Part shown: one piece after another, positions 25,861-37,190 of the stretch
Layout of the letters: each line of letters begins with the position of its first letter
How positions within the stretch are numbered: the stretch's first letter is position 1
Assembly (NCBI GenBank): GCA_030265395.1
Contig: JARFYF010000001.1
Location: 41,323,448 to 41,387,447, forward strand
From: Rhina ancylostomus
Taxonomy: Eukaryota
Direction of reading: 5' to 3'
Length of the DNA: 64,000 nt
Position numbers and translations under genes: made by a program
Notes under the pieces: generated by a model
Told to the model about the DNA's origin: nothing
Databases searched by the model: none
Seen by the model: the letters and a program-made list of their open reading frames with translations, nothing else

Positions 25861-26155
25861 AGGCACGGTGGTGGCGCAGTTAGTGCTACTACCTCCACAG
25901 CTCCAGCAACCTGGGTTTGATACTTACCTCAGGTTCTATGTGTTGTCTGCATGTTCTCCCTTTGACTCTGGTTTCCTACATCTCCAAAACATGCTGGTAA
26001 AATTAAGGGATATTTTAAAATAGCTAGTTAGTATAGGTAAATAGCTGCAGGGGGTGTTGATGAGTAACTGGGTGAAAATAGGTTGCAAAATAAGAGGGGG
26101 AAATGGGACTGATGCAATCTTTGCTTGGAGCCGGCCTCGAATCAACAGACTGAAC
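25861..26155 (+). mobile_element. V-SINE (HE1-like)
   Basis: tRNA-like head ggcacggtggtggcgcagttagtgctact...ctgggtttgat, followed by the V-domain gcatgttctccc...ctggtttcct. Confidence 0.75.
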
Positions 26156-26624
26156 TAGTGCAAGTGTCATAATACAGGTGAACCACATAAGGCAGTATCA
26201 GGGCAGACAAAAAGTTGGCCATAAGGATGCTTTGATGTGAATTTAAAAACAGAAATTTGTGTATCTTGACTACACATTACCCCAAGTAAATTCTGAGAAC
26301 TGACTGCATTCCCAGTGCCCCAATACTTGCAAATTAGTAGCTAATTTTCCCCCCTTATAAAAATACAAACACAGAGGTTTCCAAAATTATCCTATTTTCT
26401 GTCAGTTTACAGGTTACAAAGAAAATGGGTCAGATACCGGGGAAAAGACACAGCTAGACACTGTATTGAACAGCAAAGGGTTGGAGAGAATTAAGGGAAA
26501 AACTAAAGGAGGAACATATCCAGCCCACAGAAGACATTGTTATGTTAGTAGGCTTGTTTTAAGCAAAAGTTCTTCTTACCAAGTGAGAGTAATTTCACAG
26601 AACTATTTGCCTTTCAACCAAGTT

Positions 26625-26960
26625 CAGCTGTGGCTCAGTTGATAGTACTCCTATCTTTCATGTGCCACTCTAAAGAGGAACACAACAATTATGCAGTATT
26701 GACAGAATATTGCACCAATAGAAGATGTCATTTTCAGATGAAATGTTGAACTGTACGTTTTCTAACATGAAGCAAAAAATTCAAAAGCATTATATCAAAG
26801 AATGCCAGGGGAGGTATCTCTTAAATCCACCTTTTAAACAGACCACCTGGTAGAGCAACATATATCAAACTGAGGCTCCAACTCTGATGATTTAAATGAA
26901 CTTCCACAACAATAAAGGAGTTTTCTCACGTTCTCTGCTGATGATATTTCAACCATTAAA
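26625..26960 (+). mobile_element. Deu-domain SINE remnant
   Basis: ctgtggctcagttgatagtactc head, then gcagtattgacagaatattgcacc...cattttcagatgaaatgttgaactg (Deu core-like). Confidence 0.6.
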
Positions 26961-27699
26961 AATGGTTTAGCCATTTAACTTGAGAATCTTGGTCTTGTAC
27001 AAAATGGTTGTGTTTGCTAATAAAATAATATAACACAAAGCAGTTTTTAAAAAATTAAACAAAATCCATTCTTCATCTTTGAAAAGTCAATCACATTAAA
27101 AACTAGGGCGGGGTGTGTGTGTGCACCCGCCCGCATGCAGATGCTAGAGAATGGCACACATTTTATAAATATATAAAACAACAAGATTTTATTTTAATCT
27201 ATCTAATAAAATTGAAGAAATCAGATATTTGCTGATTGTACTTGAGATTGAAATGTCCAGGGATATACGTACTTAATTGGAAAAGGTTTCAATTTCCAGA
27301 CCGAGAAGAGTTCTGTTACCTTGAGGATATGACTGAATCCAAAAACTGTAACATCAAAACTTAGATTTGTAACAGCCATAGTTCTCACAATTCTTTCCTC
27401 AGCTGACTTAAATGGATTCCTCCCTTGAATTAAACCTTCTGGTCTTGAAAAAGATCAATTACACACACCTCCTAAGCTGTAGGATTCTGGATCATAAATT
27501 ACATGACAGAAACTCTAGTCATATTAAAGGAATGGGGCATTTTTCACTAAACGAGATTATAAAATTTAGCTAAAAAATTAGACAGCTCAGTTATCTCGCC
27601 TGGAAATCTACAGCACATTTTAAAAGAAAAAGACAAGGCAGTGTATCTTCTGACTTTTAACTGAACTCAGAATCAGCCCAGGGGAGAAACCCAGCATAA

Positions 27700-27817
27700 T
27701 TGTCGACGTTTTGGGTCGAAACCCTGAATCAGGGTTTCAACCCAAAATATTCAATTACTTTCCTCTCACAGATGCTGCTCAACCCACTGAGTTCCTCCAG
27801 CAGATTGTTTGTTGCTG
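27700..27817. mobile_element. Penelope terminal-repeat fragment with near-perfect palindrome
   Basis: Arms 27709-27727 and 27729-27747 (18/19 complementary), followed by cagatgctgctcaacccactgagttcctccagc. Confidence 0.7.
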
Positions 27818-29089
27818 TGATAGATAAGTTTTACTGGGAAAGACCATAGAAAACAAAGACCAAGGCAGATAAATAAAAAGGAGATTCTGGTCAGCTAAAA
27901 TCTAATTAACGGACTGAATGGCATACTTCTGTGCCTGAAAGACCTGGCTACACATTATCACCAGCTGCATAGTTGGGTACATGCATCCAGAAACAAGAAC
28001 AACCCAGATCTTAATTCAGCCTGGCAGAAATGGGCAAGTTAAAATCAATGACAGATTTTCACCTTAACCCACTTTATTCTCCAATAAGTTCTACGAGTGG
28101 ATTAGGTTAACAAGCCTACATGCATTGATTTACAACCTGAATCCACTCTATACCTGCCAGTCAAGTAAGATCCAACTTGATCCTCAACATGCACATAGCC
28201 ATCCATATTACCTTGAAAACCAATTTCAGCAATGCCAACCATTTACTTCATCTCCAACAATACTTTGCAGGAGGCAGTCAATGAAACTCATCTGTACAGC
28301 ATCTACAAAACAGAAAAATAAACCAAGGAGCTCCACAAGTGGGCATAATCACATAAGAACAGAGATACAAATAAAAACATAGCACAAATAATAAGGTAGA
28401 TGACCAAAACCCAGATCAATGTAGTTTTTAAAAGGGGTCTCAAAAAGGGAAAGAGATTCTGTCCTTCTGTTGACATTGGCACTAGGTTCAATGCATTACC
28501 TTTCTCAGAAAGCAGAAATCCTTTCTCAGACAAAGAGGATTTATACCACAGGTGATAATAATCTAGGCCAAATATTTCACAGCAAAAATGACTAAAACAG
28601 AAATACCATGGTGATGTAAAGGACACTTCATGCAAGCCCAAATGAATACCACACAATTTTCAAATGCTGGAGCTGCAGGAGAAACAAATAAACAACAAAT
28701 TCTTAATTGTAAAGTGTCCCTATAGGACAATGCAATTAAAGTATCAATATCCTGGATTAACATTTTCTACAAGATATTAACTTTATCCATATGCACTGTG
28801 CATACTGTTAAATTTAGAGCTATAATTTAAAATTCTCAATATAAATAGTATAAAAATACATTGCCTACAAACAGCAGAACTAATATCCTCTCTCTACTTT
28901 TATTAATTGTTCTCTCTCATCAGTCTTGTATTTTTGATGCAAGTACATTCAATAAATTTAAATTCCTTTTGAGTTGTCTGAAAAAATGTTCAAAACTTTT
29001 CTCAGCTCAAGTTCAATTTTCAAATAGGTTTGGTTACTACTGAATTGGCACACACTTATGCTGCACAAAGGTTAGGTTAAGTTAGAAAC

Positions 29090-29210
29090 AACCCGAAACG
29101 TCAACTGTTTATTTCTCTCCAAAGATGCTGCCTGACCTGCTGAGTTCATCCAGCATTTTGCGTGTGTTGCTGCAGATTCCAGCATCTGTAGAATATCTTG
29201 TGTCTTTAAG
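29090..29210 (+). mobile_element. Penelope terminal-repeat fragment
   Basis: cccgaaacgtcaactg...agatgctgcctgacctgctgagttcatccagcattttg...gattccagcatctgtag. Confidence 0.7.
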
Positions 29211-29439
29211 AGAATCTATCGAAGGCTGGATCCCTTTGAAAGTCTCAGACTGCTTGACAGATGAGTCTTTTGGTATTTGTGAGAAAGACAAATAACTTTC
29301 ATTTCAGGAAGTTACTCTGTCATATGGGAGTCAGAAGAAGAAGCTAACCCAATGGAAGAGACAGCAAATATTCAATAGATCTGCAGTTCTCCAGATCAAC
29401 TCTAAACAAAAATTGGTAACTCTATTCCAATAAGTAAGT

Positions 29440-29887
29440 CCAACAAGAGTCCACCATTAGACACGTATTCCCTTCCCCTCCCATTGCAGCATTTCAAAGG
29501 AATTGCACCCTACATGGCTTTCTAATCTTCTTTTCCATCCTGAACAAGCACTCCCCATCATATGGCACTTTCCCATGCAACTGTAGGAGATGCAACACCT
29601 GTCCTTTCACCTCTTCCCTTCTCACCATCCAGAGGCCCAAATAGCTTTTCCAGGTGAAGCAGCAGTTCATTTGAACTTCTCCCAATCTAGTCTACTGAAT
29701 TTGGTGTTCACAATGAGATTTCTTCTGCATTGGAGAAACCAGCCTGCATTGGGTAATCAATTTGCAGAGTGCCTGTGTTCAGTCCACATGAGTGACTCTC
29801 AGCTTCCCGTTGCTTGTCACTTTAATTCATCCCACTACCACTCTAACCTTCCTGTCTGTAGCCTCCTGCACAGTTACAATGAGGCCT
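29440..29887 (+). mobile_element. Penelope-like element, GIY-YIG endonuclease region (degraded)
   Basis: Frames give TFPCNCRRCNTCPFTS, FQVKQQF.*TSPNLVY and LPVACHFNS, typical of the PLE C-terminus. Confidence 0.75.
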
Positions 29888-29987
29888 NNNNNNNNNNNNN
29901 NNNNNNNNNNNNNNNNNNNNNNNNNNNNNNNNNNNNNNNNNNNNNNNNNNNNNNNNNNNNNNNNNNNNNNNNNNNNNNNNNNNNNNN

Positions 29988-30137
29988 TGATTTGTGCTTG
30001 CCTCATTTTTTCTGAACTCTAATACCTGATTCTTTTTTTTATTTTAAAAAAGGTGACTTGGCTATTCAGCAGCATCTTAAATGGCATCACAATTATACAC
30101 AAAATACTTAACATGATTATATTCATACTAAATGCAT
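29988..30137 (+). repeat. Diverged direct copy of 34308-34447 (GORASP2 3' UTR region)
   Basis: Shared gatttgt..tgcctcattttt...taatac.tga and attcagcagcat.ttaaatggcatcacaa...aaaatacttaaca.gatta. Confidence 0.75.
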
Positions 30138-30307
30138 TTTAGAATAATGGTTATGCTCCATGTACCCACGTACAGAAGTTGGCTTTTTATGAGTTTGAGT
30201 TTGCTCTTATTTAGCACACCAAAGCAGGTTTTGCAGTACACACCATCACCAAAACTTGTAACTGTGTGTATTCTATTACAAATAATTGTTCAATTTTAAT
30301 ATATTTA

Positions 30308-30631
30308 CAGGGTCATCCCAGGGTAATGAACGTGTTCCATTTTTAGACTTCCTTCAGTTGATTTTGTCCACAAGTCAGAAAATATACCAAAATTATTTGA
30401 TGTGGTAACAATACCTCCACAGTGTTGTAATGAATAACATCAAAAAATACAAGATTGATGAGAAAGAACTACTACTAAAAGTGGAGAGAGACAGAGAGAG
30501 AGGAAACTAGTCCTGCTGTTTGTAGGAATGAACATATGTACATGAGTCGGATTTTTAAATTTAATATTGGGGAGCTCTTTCGTATGTGTGGGTGTCTGTG
30601 AGTCGGGCATTTGTAACCTGGGGAGAGCCTG
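30308..30631. mobile_element. Tc1/mariner-superfamily (Tigger/pogo-like) MITE, ~324 bp
   Basis: TA on both sides (30306-07 and 30632-33). Imperfect TIRs CAGGGTCATCCCAGGGTAA and (rc) CAGGCTCTCCCCAGGTTAC. An internal piece recurs inverted at 28861-28940. Confidence 0.7.
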
Positions 30632-30937
30632 TATATGTGGGCAGATAATAAAAGACCACACTCAGAAATGATTTCCACAGGTTTCATTTCAGAATCAAAG
30701 ACTACTGCAGCACAATACAGGCCCTTCAACTCACAATATTGTGCCGACCTTAAAAACTTTCCTAAGACTATCTAACTCCTTCCTCCCACATATCCCTCTA
30801 TTTTAAATTCCTCCATATGCTTATCTAGTAATCTCTTNNNNNNNNNNNNNNNNNNNNNNNNNNNNNNNNNNNNNNNNNNNNNNNNNNNNNNNNNNNNNNN
30901 NNNNNNNNNNNNNNNNNNNNNNNNNNNNNNNNNNNNN

Positions 30938-31745
30938 GTTGCATCGTGGTCTTGGATTTGAAAGCGCAGGAAGGTAAAAAGCTGCAGAGTGTCGTGGACT
31001 CAGCCAAATACGTCACGGGCACATCCCTCCCCACTGTCAGAAGCATCTATATGAAGCGCTGTCTCAAGGAGGCAACATTTATCATCAAAGATCCCCACCA
31101 TGCGGGCCATGCCATCTTCTCACAGCTACCATCGGGCAGGAGGTACAGAAGCCTGAAGTCCCACAGCACCAGGTTCAAGAACAGCTACTTCCCTTCAACC
31201 ATTCGGTTCCTGAACCAACCTGCAGAACCCCAGTCACTACCTCAGTACAGTAACACCGTGACCACATTGACCACATTGCAGAACGATGGACTTTGTTTCC
31301 TTCTTTTTTTGTTGAAATGTGTTTTATCAGGTGTTAATTTTGTTTAATTTATGTTGAATATTTATGTTTTTCTTGTGAACGGTGTGTATCTGTGTAACCT
31401 GCGACATTGAGAGAAAGTAACCTGAGGTCGAGAGGGTTGAAAGCTTCAAGTTCCTGGGACTGAACATCACCAATCGATTTTCCTGCTGCAACCACATAGA
31501 TGCCACAGCCAAGAAAGCTCACTAGTGCCTCCACTTCTTCAGGAGGCTGAGGAAATTTGGCACGTCTCCTTTGGCTCTCAACAATTTGTATCAATGCACC
31601 ATAGAAAGCATCCTATCCGGATGTATCACGGCTTGGTGTGGCAACTGCTCTGCCAGAGTCCGCAAAAAACTGCAGAGAGTTGTGGACATAGCTCAGCACA
31701 TCACGGAAACCAGCCTCCCATCCATGGACTCTGTCTGCACTTCTC
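30938..31745 (+). mobile_element. Two adjacent Rex1/Babar-like LINE RT C-terminal fragments
   Basis: KLQSVVDSAKYVTGTSLP...IIKDPHHAGHAIFSQLPSGRRYRSLKSHSTRFKNSYFP and YQCTIESILSGCITAWCGNCS..RKKLQRVV. Confidence 0.85.
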
Positions 31746-31977
31746 ACAATATTTAAAAGCCATTTGGACAGGTACATGGATAGGGGAGGTTGAGAGGGAG
31801 ATGGGCCAAATGCAGTCAAATGGAACTGGCTCAGTGAGGAAACTTAGTCGGCATGGAAGAGTTGGGCCGAAGGGCCTGTTTTCATTCTGTACAGCTCTCT
31901 GACTAAGCAGGCCAGGAGATTGAGAACAAGGTGAGGGTGGTTTGCAACATAAACTGTTCCCAAAATAATTAAATTGT

Positions 31978-32863
31978 TTATTTTAGTAATTTATGAATGA
32001 GAGTCAGTGGATATTTCAGCCGCAGCTTTATCTCGTCTCTGATCTTACTCTATGTTACTGCATAAATAAATGGGTTCACGCAGTTACATACGAATGCACG
32101 TTTTCTTGCAGAGGGAAAATTGTGTCACTGAAATTAGAGCCTGAAAAATAAGTGGCATTGACAATATGAACGTAGAGCAAGGATATCAGTTTCATTAACC
32201 ACAAGAGGATGAAGATAACCGAGATACTGAGGAGCAGGACGATAGACTTCCTGCGGCTGTCCGTTTCCGGGTCGCTCTGTCTCTCACTGTTCCTTCTTTT
32301 CTGGAGTCTCCTGCGGATTCTAATGGCCCTTAAAATGTGCCTGATGGTGACGAAATTGAACAGCAAAATTCGAATGAATGGCAGACACGGGACTTAAATG
32401 CTATCGATCCAGTCAAATGCTATCCAGCCAGGTGAGACGTAATATGCTGACTTAATTTTGAATGGTGTTGGCTCGGTTTTATGTGGAGGTACAGATGTAA
32501 AATATAAAAATACATTTTCGAAACAGCTCCGTGCAGCAACCGTTCCGATCACCACAACCGCTGTTCGCTCCGTGCAATAGTTTGTTTTCAATTTTTGGCA
32601 GCTAATAGCCACAAAGCGATCAAAGGTGAACATCACCGTCACCCAGACGGAGCAGTCCGATCAAGCGAAACTACCGCAAGATTCACACTGCAGGCCGGAG
32701 CAATATTGATGAAGTTCAATTGGAAAGTCATGGTAACAATCCGGTTTAGGATCACGCCTGTGTTAATGACCAGGAGATCCGTCAACGCCATCGACAACAC
32801 ATGGACAGTGATACATCTGGAGAGACCACATCGTCTACGGAACATCACCCCAAGCCAAGTTAG
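31978..32863 (-). pseudogene. GPR139/GPR142-like class A GPCR pseudogene (main coding exon)
   Basis: Pieces in different frames: CGLSRCITVHVLSMALTDLLVI, TVMFTFDRFVAISCQKLKTNYCTERTA, DPETDSRRKSIVLLLSISVIFILLW and CVNPFIYAVT*SKIRDEIK. Frameshifts near 32850, 32640, 32395 and 32085, and an in-frame TAG near 32050. Acceptor tctattgcag at 32864. Confidence 0.85.
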
Positions 32864-32884
32864 CTGCAATAGAGGAAGAGAGAC

Positions 32885-33112
32885 TGAATGAGTGTGTGGG
32901 TGAGTGTGGTTTGAGTGCGTGATGTGTGTATGTTTATGTGTGGTGTGAGACTGGTGGTGTTTGTGTGTTTGTGGTGTTTGTGTGTTTGTGTGCTGTACTT
33001 TGAGTATGTGGTGCGTTTCCTGTGGGAGGGGTGTAATATGTGTGTGTGGCGCATATTTTGTTTGAAAATATGTGATGTGTAGTGTATCCTTTTTTTCATG
33101 TGTGTGTGAGAC
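32885..33112. repeat. Degenerate (TG)n low-complexity tract
   Basis: Long GT/TG-rich run; it generates the spurious His/Thr-rich ORFs. Confidence 0.85.
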
Positions 33113-33739
33113 AAACATTGAAACTCAGATAATATTGGACTTGACGGTATTCTGTGCGACTTTTATTGCTTTGACACTTGAAACTGAGTTGACAGACAGT
33201 TACCCCACCAAGAATTCTATCATGTGATTAACAGCGCTGTGATATTGCAACATACTTCAGTTTGGAATTTACCAGGGAGTCTGTCTGTGGAAAAAATCCA
33301 GAACAAGAACATTATGTTCTACTGAATTTCGTGTTGTTTGTCATCTCTTCCACGTGACCAGAAATCTTGATGAAAGCTTCTCTTTCTCCTAGTTTCACCC
33401 CATCCAATATTTCTCCCTCTGTTATAACAATGCCATCGACCCTTCCTCTTGTGAAGACACCCAGATGGATGTTTGGAACTCACTTCCAGAGAGTGATATA
33501 TGCATATTTAAAACACATTTGGATGTGTTTTTGAAGAGCGCTATAGACATGTTGATTTTGTGACTTTTAAGATTCTTCTTATTTGTTTTAAATTCACATT
33601 AAAAACAGAATTTAAATCAGGAATTTGAAATCAAGGATCCAGCTAAATGGAGCAATTTAAAAAAACCGAACACTAAGGCTCATTTGGAATGGGAAACTAA
33701 TGAAATAAATAAATACAATTGTTCCTTAAATCGGTAACT

Positions 33740-35164
33740 CAATTTTTATTTCATTTAACATAACTCACATTTTTATATCCACATTCTGCTCTTGACCATA
33801 CTAAAAATACCTACTGTTCTACTTATATGCATAAAATAGCCTTAAGTTGTTCCCCCTTCTTCTCTATTATCTACTCTCTATCACCCAAAAACAGTCAAAC
33901 TATTAATAACTGAACTTTACTCTGCCTCCCATGATATTAGCATAATTGAATTTAGCTCCTGGCCTTAGTTGCTGCCCAAACATCTGTTCTATAAGTTAGG
34001 GCAGGTAGCGGACACCAACAAAGATCCATATTCCAAAAGTTAACTTTGTTCCATTTTCTTCCTGTGAATCAACTAGTTTAACCTCCCTTTCCTCAAAAAA
34101 AATTCCCAACTCTCATTGCACCCACAGGTTTGTTACAGGTTAGCCATAACGAGCAGTTTGAAGCAGAAAAACTTGGTTAGAAAACCATTTAAAATCAGAG
34201 GTGGTGGCAATTTCTCTTTTATTACACAGTACTACTAGTGCAGTATCTTCCTTCCACAGTACTTTCATTGAGCTTCTTGAATATTGCCCTTCACGAAAAG
34301 TCCTTCAATGATTTGTTCCTGCCTCATTTTTTCAAAATTTTAATACGTGACTATTTAAAAAAAAGTAACTCAGCAATTCAGCAGCATTTTAAATGGCATC
34401 ACAACTGTGCATAAAATACTTAACACGATTACATTTATATTAAGTGCTGAACCTGTTCGTACTTTTCACTTAAGAATTTCAACACATTTTCTTTCATGTT
34501 GTATCACTCACTGTCATAGGAATTCCAGGTTATAAACACAAAAGCAAAATTGTATTTTGGCACACTAGACTTGACAAGATAATATTTGTTTAAAAATAGA
34601 TTTTTCATTCTATTCTGAAAAATACCAGTGCCTTTTCAGTGGAATTTATTGCTCGATCATCCCTTTCAAATGTATTCTCGGTTAAGCTTATGGTGACGCC
34701 TACTGGATTTCAGCTGTATGTATGTTTTCTCTCACATTACTTCTTTTCAACTGGCATTAAAAACAGTAGGGTGCTTTAATGATACAGCAAATATTTACCT
34801 GTTGATCTGAAAATCAAAGGCTGGAAAATTACAGACAAGATAGTGGCTAAAGATGTAACAAGTAATTGGACAGCACAGCAGCTCTACCAGAGGACGACAG
34901 GGAGAAGAGAGGGAATTAAATCCGTACTTGATAAAATAATTTATTTTCCATTTACATCAAAAGTACCACATTGCTGAACAATGTAGTAAACCATCCAATT
35001 GTATTAAAGGTTATGTATTTGCCTCAGCCTTATAATTATGTACAAAGGTTTAAAGCTCAGATATGCAATCATGCCAGTCTACTCTTTATGTTTTAATTTC
35101 AGAACAAGTTTTCTGCAGCTGAATAAATACATTAATCAGCTTCTGCTTTTGAAAAGATTTGCAT
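33740..35164 (-). other. GORASP2: Probable GORASP2 3' UTR
   Basis: Non-repetitive AT-rich sequence after the stop codon. Candidate minus-strand AATAAA at 34645-34650, 34218-34223 and 33745-33750. The true end is uncertain. Confidence 0.5.
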
Positions 35165-35493
35165 TTAAGACGACTCAGAAGAAGCTTGTGCATCTGTGGA
35201 AATGGAAGATGGCTCTTCATTATTTGCATTAGGTGATGCAGTTGCCTGGATGTCAGCAGTTGTCATGGAAACAGTTGTAGTATTTAAAATGAGGGCAGGG
35301 GTCTGTTCAGTAGGCAGTGCAGAGGCAGAAACATGAAAACCACCTACTACTGGAGAGATGGCTGAAACCGTTTCAGTTAAACCAGCCTTTACTCCTGTAA
35401 TCATGGGTGATTGCGAGGGATACATGGCAGGCAAAGTTAGAGGGGGCAGTCCAGAGAGATTTACTGGTGGCAACTGATTGGCTGATGGATAAC
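35165..35493 (-). CDS. GORASP2: GRASP55 coding exon 10 (last), Ser/Pro-rich tail
   Basis: Acceptor ttttttttctcctag; (G)YPSANQLPPVNLSGLPPLTLP...DAQASSESS*, resembling the DANASESP C-terminus of human GRASP55; phase fits. Confidence 0.88.
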
Positions 35494-36031
35494 CTAGGAG
35501 AAAAAAAAACATCACAATAAAAATGCACTGTAATTACTGTGTATTTTACTTCATTCTTAATTTCGATAAGGTTTCATGTGCACTACAGTGTTAATGCCAT
35601 TGATTTTATGATATTCAGGGAATGGAATTTATTACATACATTTCTAATGGCAAAAGTTAGAAGTAGGAAAATAAGCTGACACAGAAAATATTTTCTAATA
35701 GCGATAGCACAGTGCAGCAGCAGGTTGGTTGGAAAGACAGAATGCAATAAACTGGAAAGGTCACTTTCTGTCATAAGAATTTCAGATTATTTGCGATGGA
35801 GGGGGAAGGAAAAAAATTTGAATTCCATTAATTGTCCCACTGATTAGCATAAGAACAGCATCAAAGTTTTCACATGCATGGAATGGTGAGTGACAAAAAG
35901 ATTTACAATAAGACATGGAGATTATTCTAATAATACTTGCCACTTAAAATTATCCAGAATTATTTAACAATAAATATAGGGTGATTTCAAATGATTATAT
36001 TGATTAGGTAAAGGGATATTTAAAAACTTAC

Positions 36032-36151
36032 CAGTGAGTGGAGGTACCACACCAATTCCTGGTAAGGTCACTGGAGCAAGGTTCTGTAGAGTGAGATCCA
36101 CATTAGGTAGGTTGGGGATATTAGGCAGTCCACTTGGTAATGGCATTAGAC
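36032..36151 (-). CDS. GORASP2: GRASP55 coding exon 9
   Basis: 120 nt, AG...GT; LMPLPSGLPNIPNLPNVDL matches GLMPLPAGLPNLPNL. Confidence 0.92.
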
Positions 36152-36622
36152 CTGTAAATATTGAAAAATATACTCATGAACTCACGGGATACTGTTTAGT
36201 ACCAATACTACGTCCAAAGAACACTGAAGACTAAAGTTTGAAAGTGGGTGCAGGAGTCCAGGTCCTGGCAGATGGGGATCGGAAGACCAGCAGGCAGGAA
36301 GGGGGGGGGGGCATGGGGGCACAAACATACAACAAAGATTAACTTGCAAGGCAAATGCCAAACCATCAGGATTTCCAAATGGTTGGATAGCAGATTATCA
36401 GGGTTTGTCTGAACCTCACCCAGCCCTGTAATTCCAAGATATTGCATTCTATTTCTTGATCATCCCCATTTTTAAATCAGGCTGCATTGGCAGCCTTGCC
36501 TTCAACTGTATTATGTCCTTTTGTTTTTAAAAGTTGAAAAAGACAAATTGACATGCAGATAAAACGAAGTTTCCGCACAGTAATCTATAAAATTATGATT
36601 CTTATCATGATTGTAGACTTAC

Positions 36623-36712
36623 TAGTTAGAGTAGTATCAACATTTATACTTGTTGGAACTGTGCTTGAGGATGAATTTGCAGATGAAGGTAACAACGGAA
36701 CTGTTGGAACAC
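36623..36712 (-). CDS. GORASP2: GRASP55 coding exon 8
   Basis: 90 nt, donor GTAAGT; GVPTVPLLPSSANSSSSTVPTSINVDTTLT. Confidence 0.92.
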
Positions 36713-36994
36713 CTTTAACAGTTTAAAAGAAAGGGCAAATTAAAAATTGAAATATTTCGAACTCAGATTCCTAGTTTGTCCTTAAAATCACAACGATGAT
36801 AAATATACAGTGTTACTCTTGCACTGAAGTAACTAAATGTGGATGAAAAAGAGCAAAATATAGCTGTGTTCTAAAACAATGTTTTTTTTTAAAAGAAAGA
36901 ATAAGCAAGAAACTATGAATAATTCCATTGGACAAAATATGTCAGAGGAAGCTTTACACTATGCAACATATACTACGCAGTGTATTCTTTACAA

Positions 36995-37190
36995 TAAAGA
37001 CAGAAAATGTTGGAAATACTCAGCTGGTCAGGCCACATCTGTGGGAAGAGAAACAGTCAACGTTTCAGTTCAGAGACCCTCGTCAGAACAGTTCTGACAA
37101 ATGTTGACTCTGTTTCGCAGATGCTGCCTAACCTGCTGAGTATTTCCAGCACTTTCTGTTCTTGTTTTAGATTTTCAGCACCTGCAGTTT
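36995..37190. mobile_element. Penelope-derived fold-back (inverted terminal repeats)
   Basis: Arms 37000-37041 and 37118-37159 are complementary; centre gtcagaac-a-gttctgac. Confidence 0.75.

Noticed and set aside
25861-25935. tRNA-like sequence with A and B boxes
   Set aside because: It is the head of a V-SINE and does not form a cloverleaf.
32860-33118. His/Thr-rich ORFs
   Set aside because: Translation of a degenerate (CA)n tract.
33272-33283. Possible 12-nt microexon (ttttttccacag|ACAGACTCCCTG|gtaaat, minus strand) upstream of the GPCR relic
   Set aside because: It does not resemble the expected receptor first exon, and there is no support beyond the splice-like motifs.
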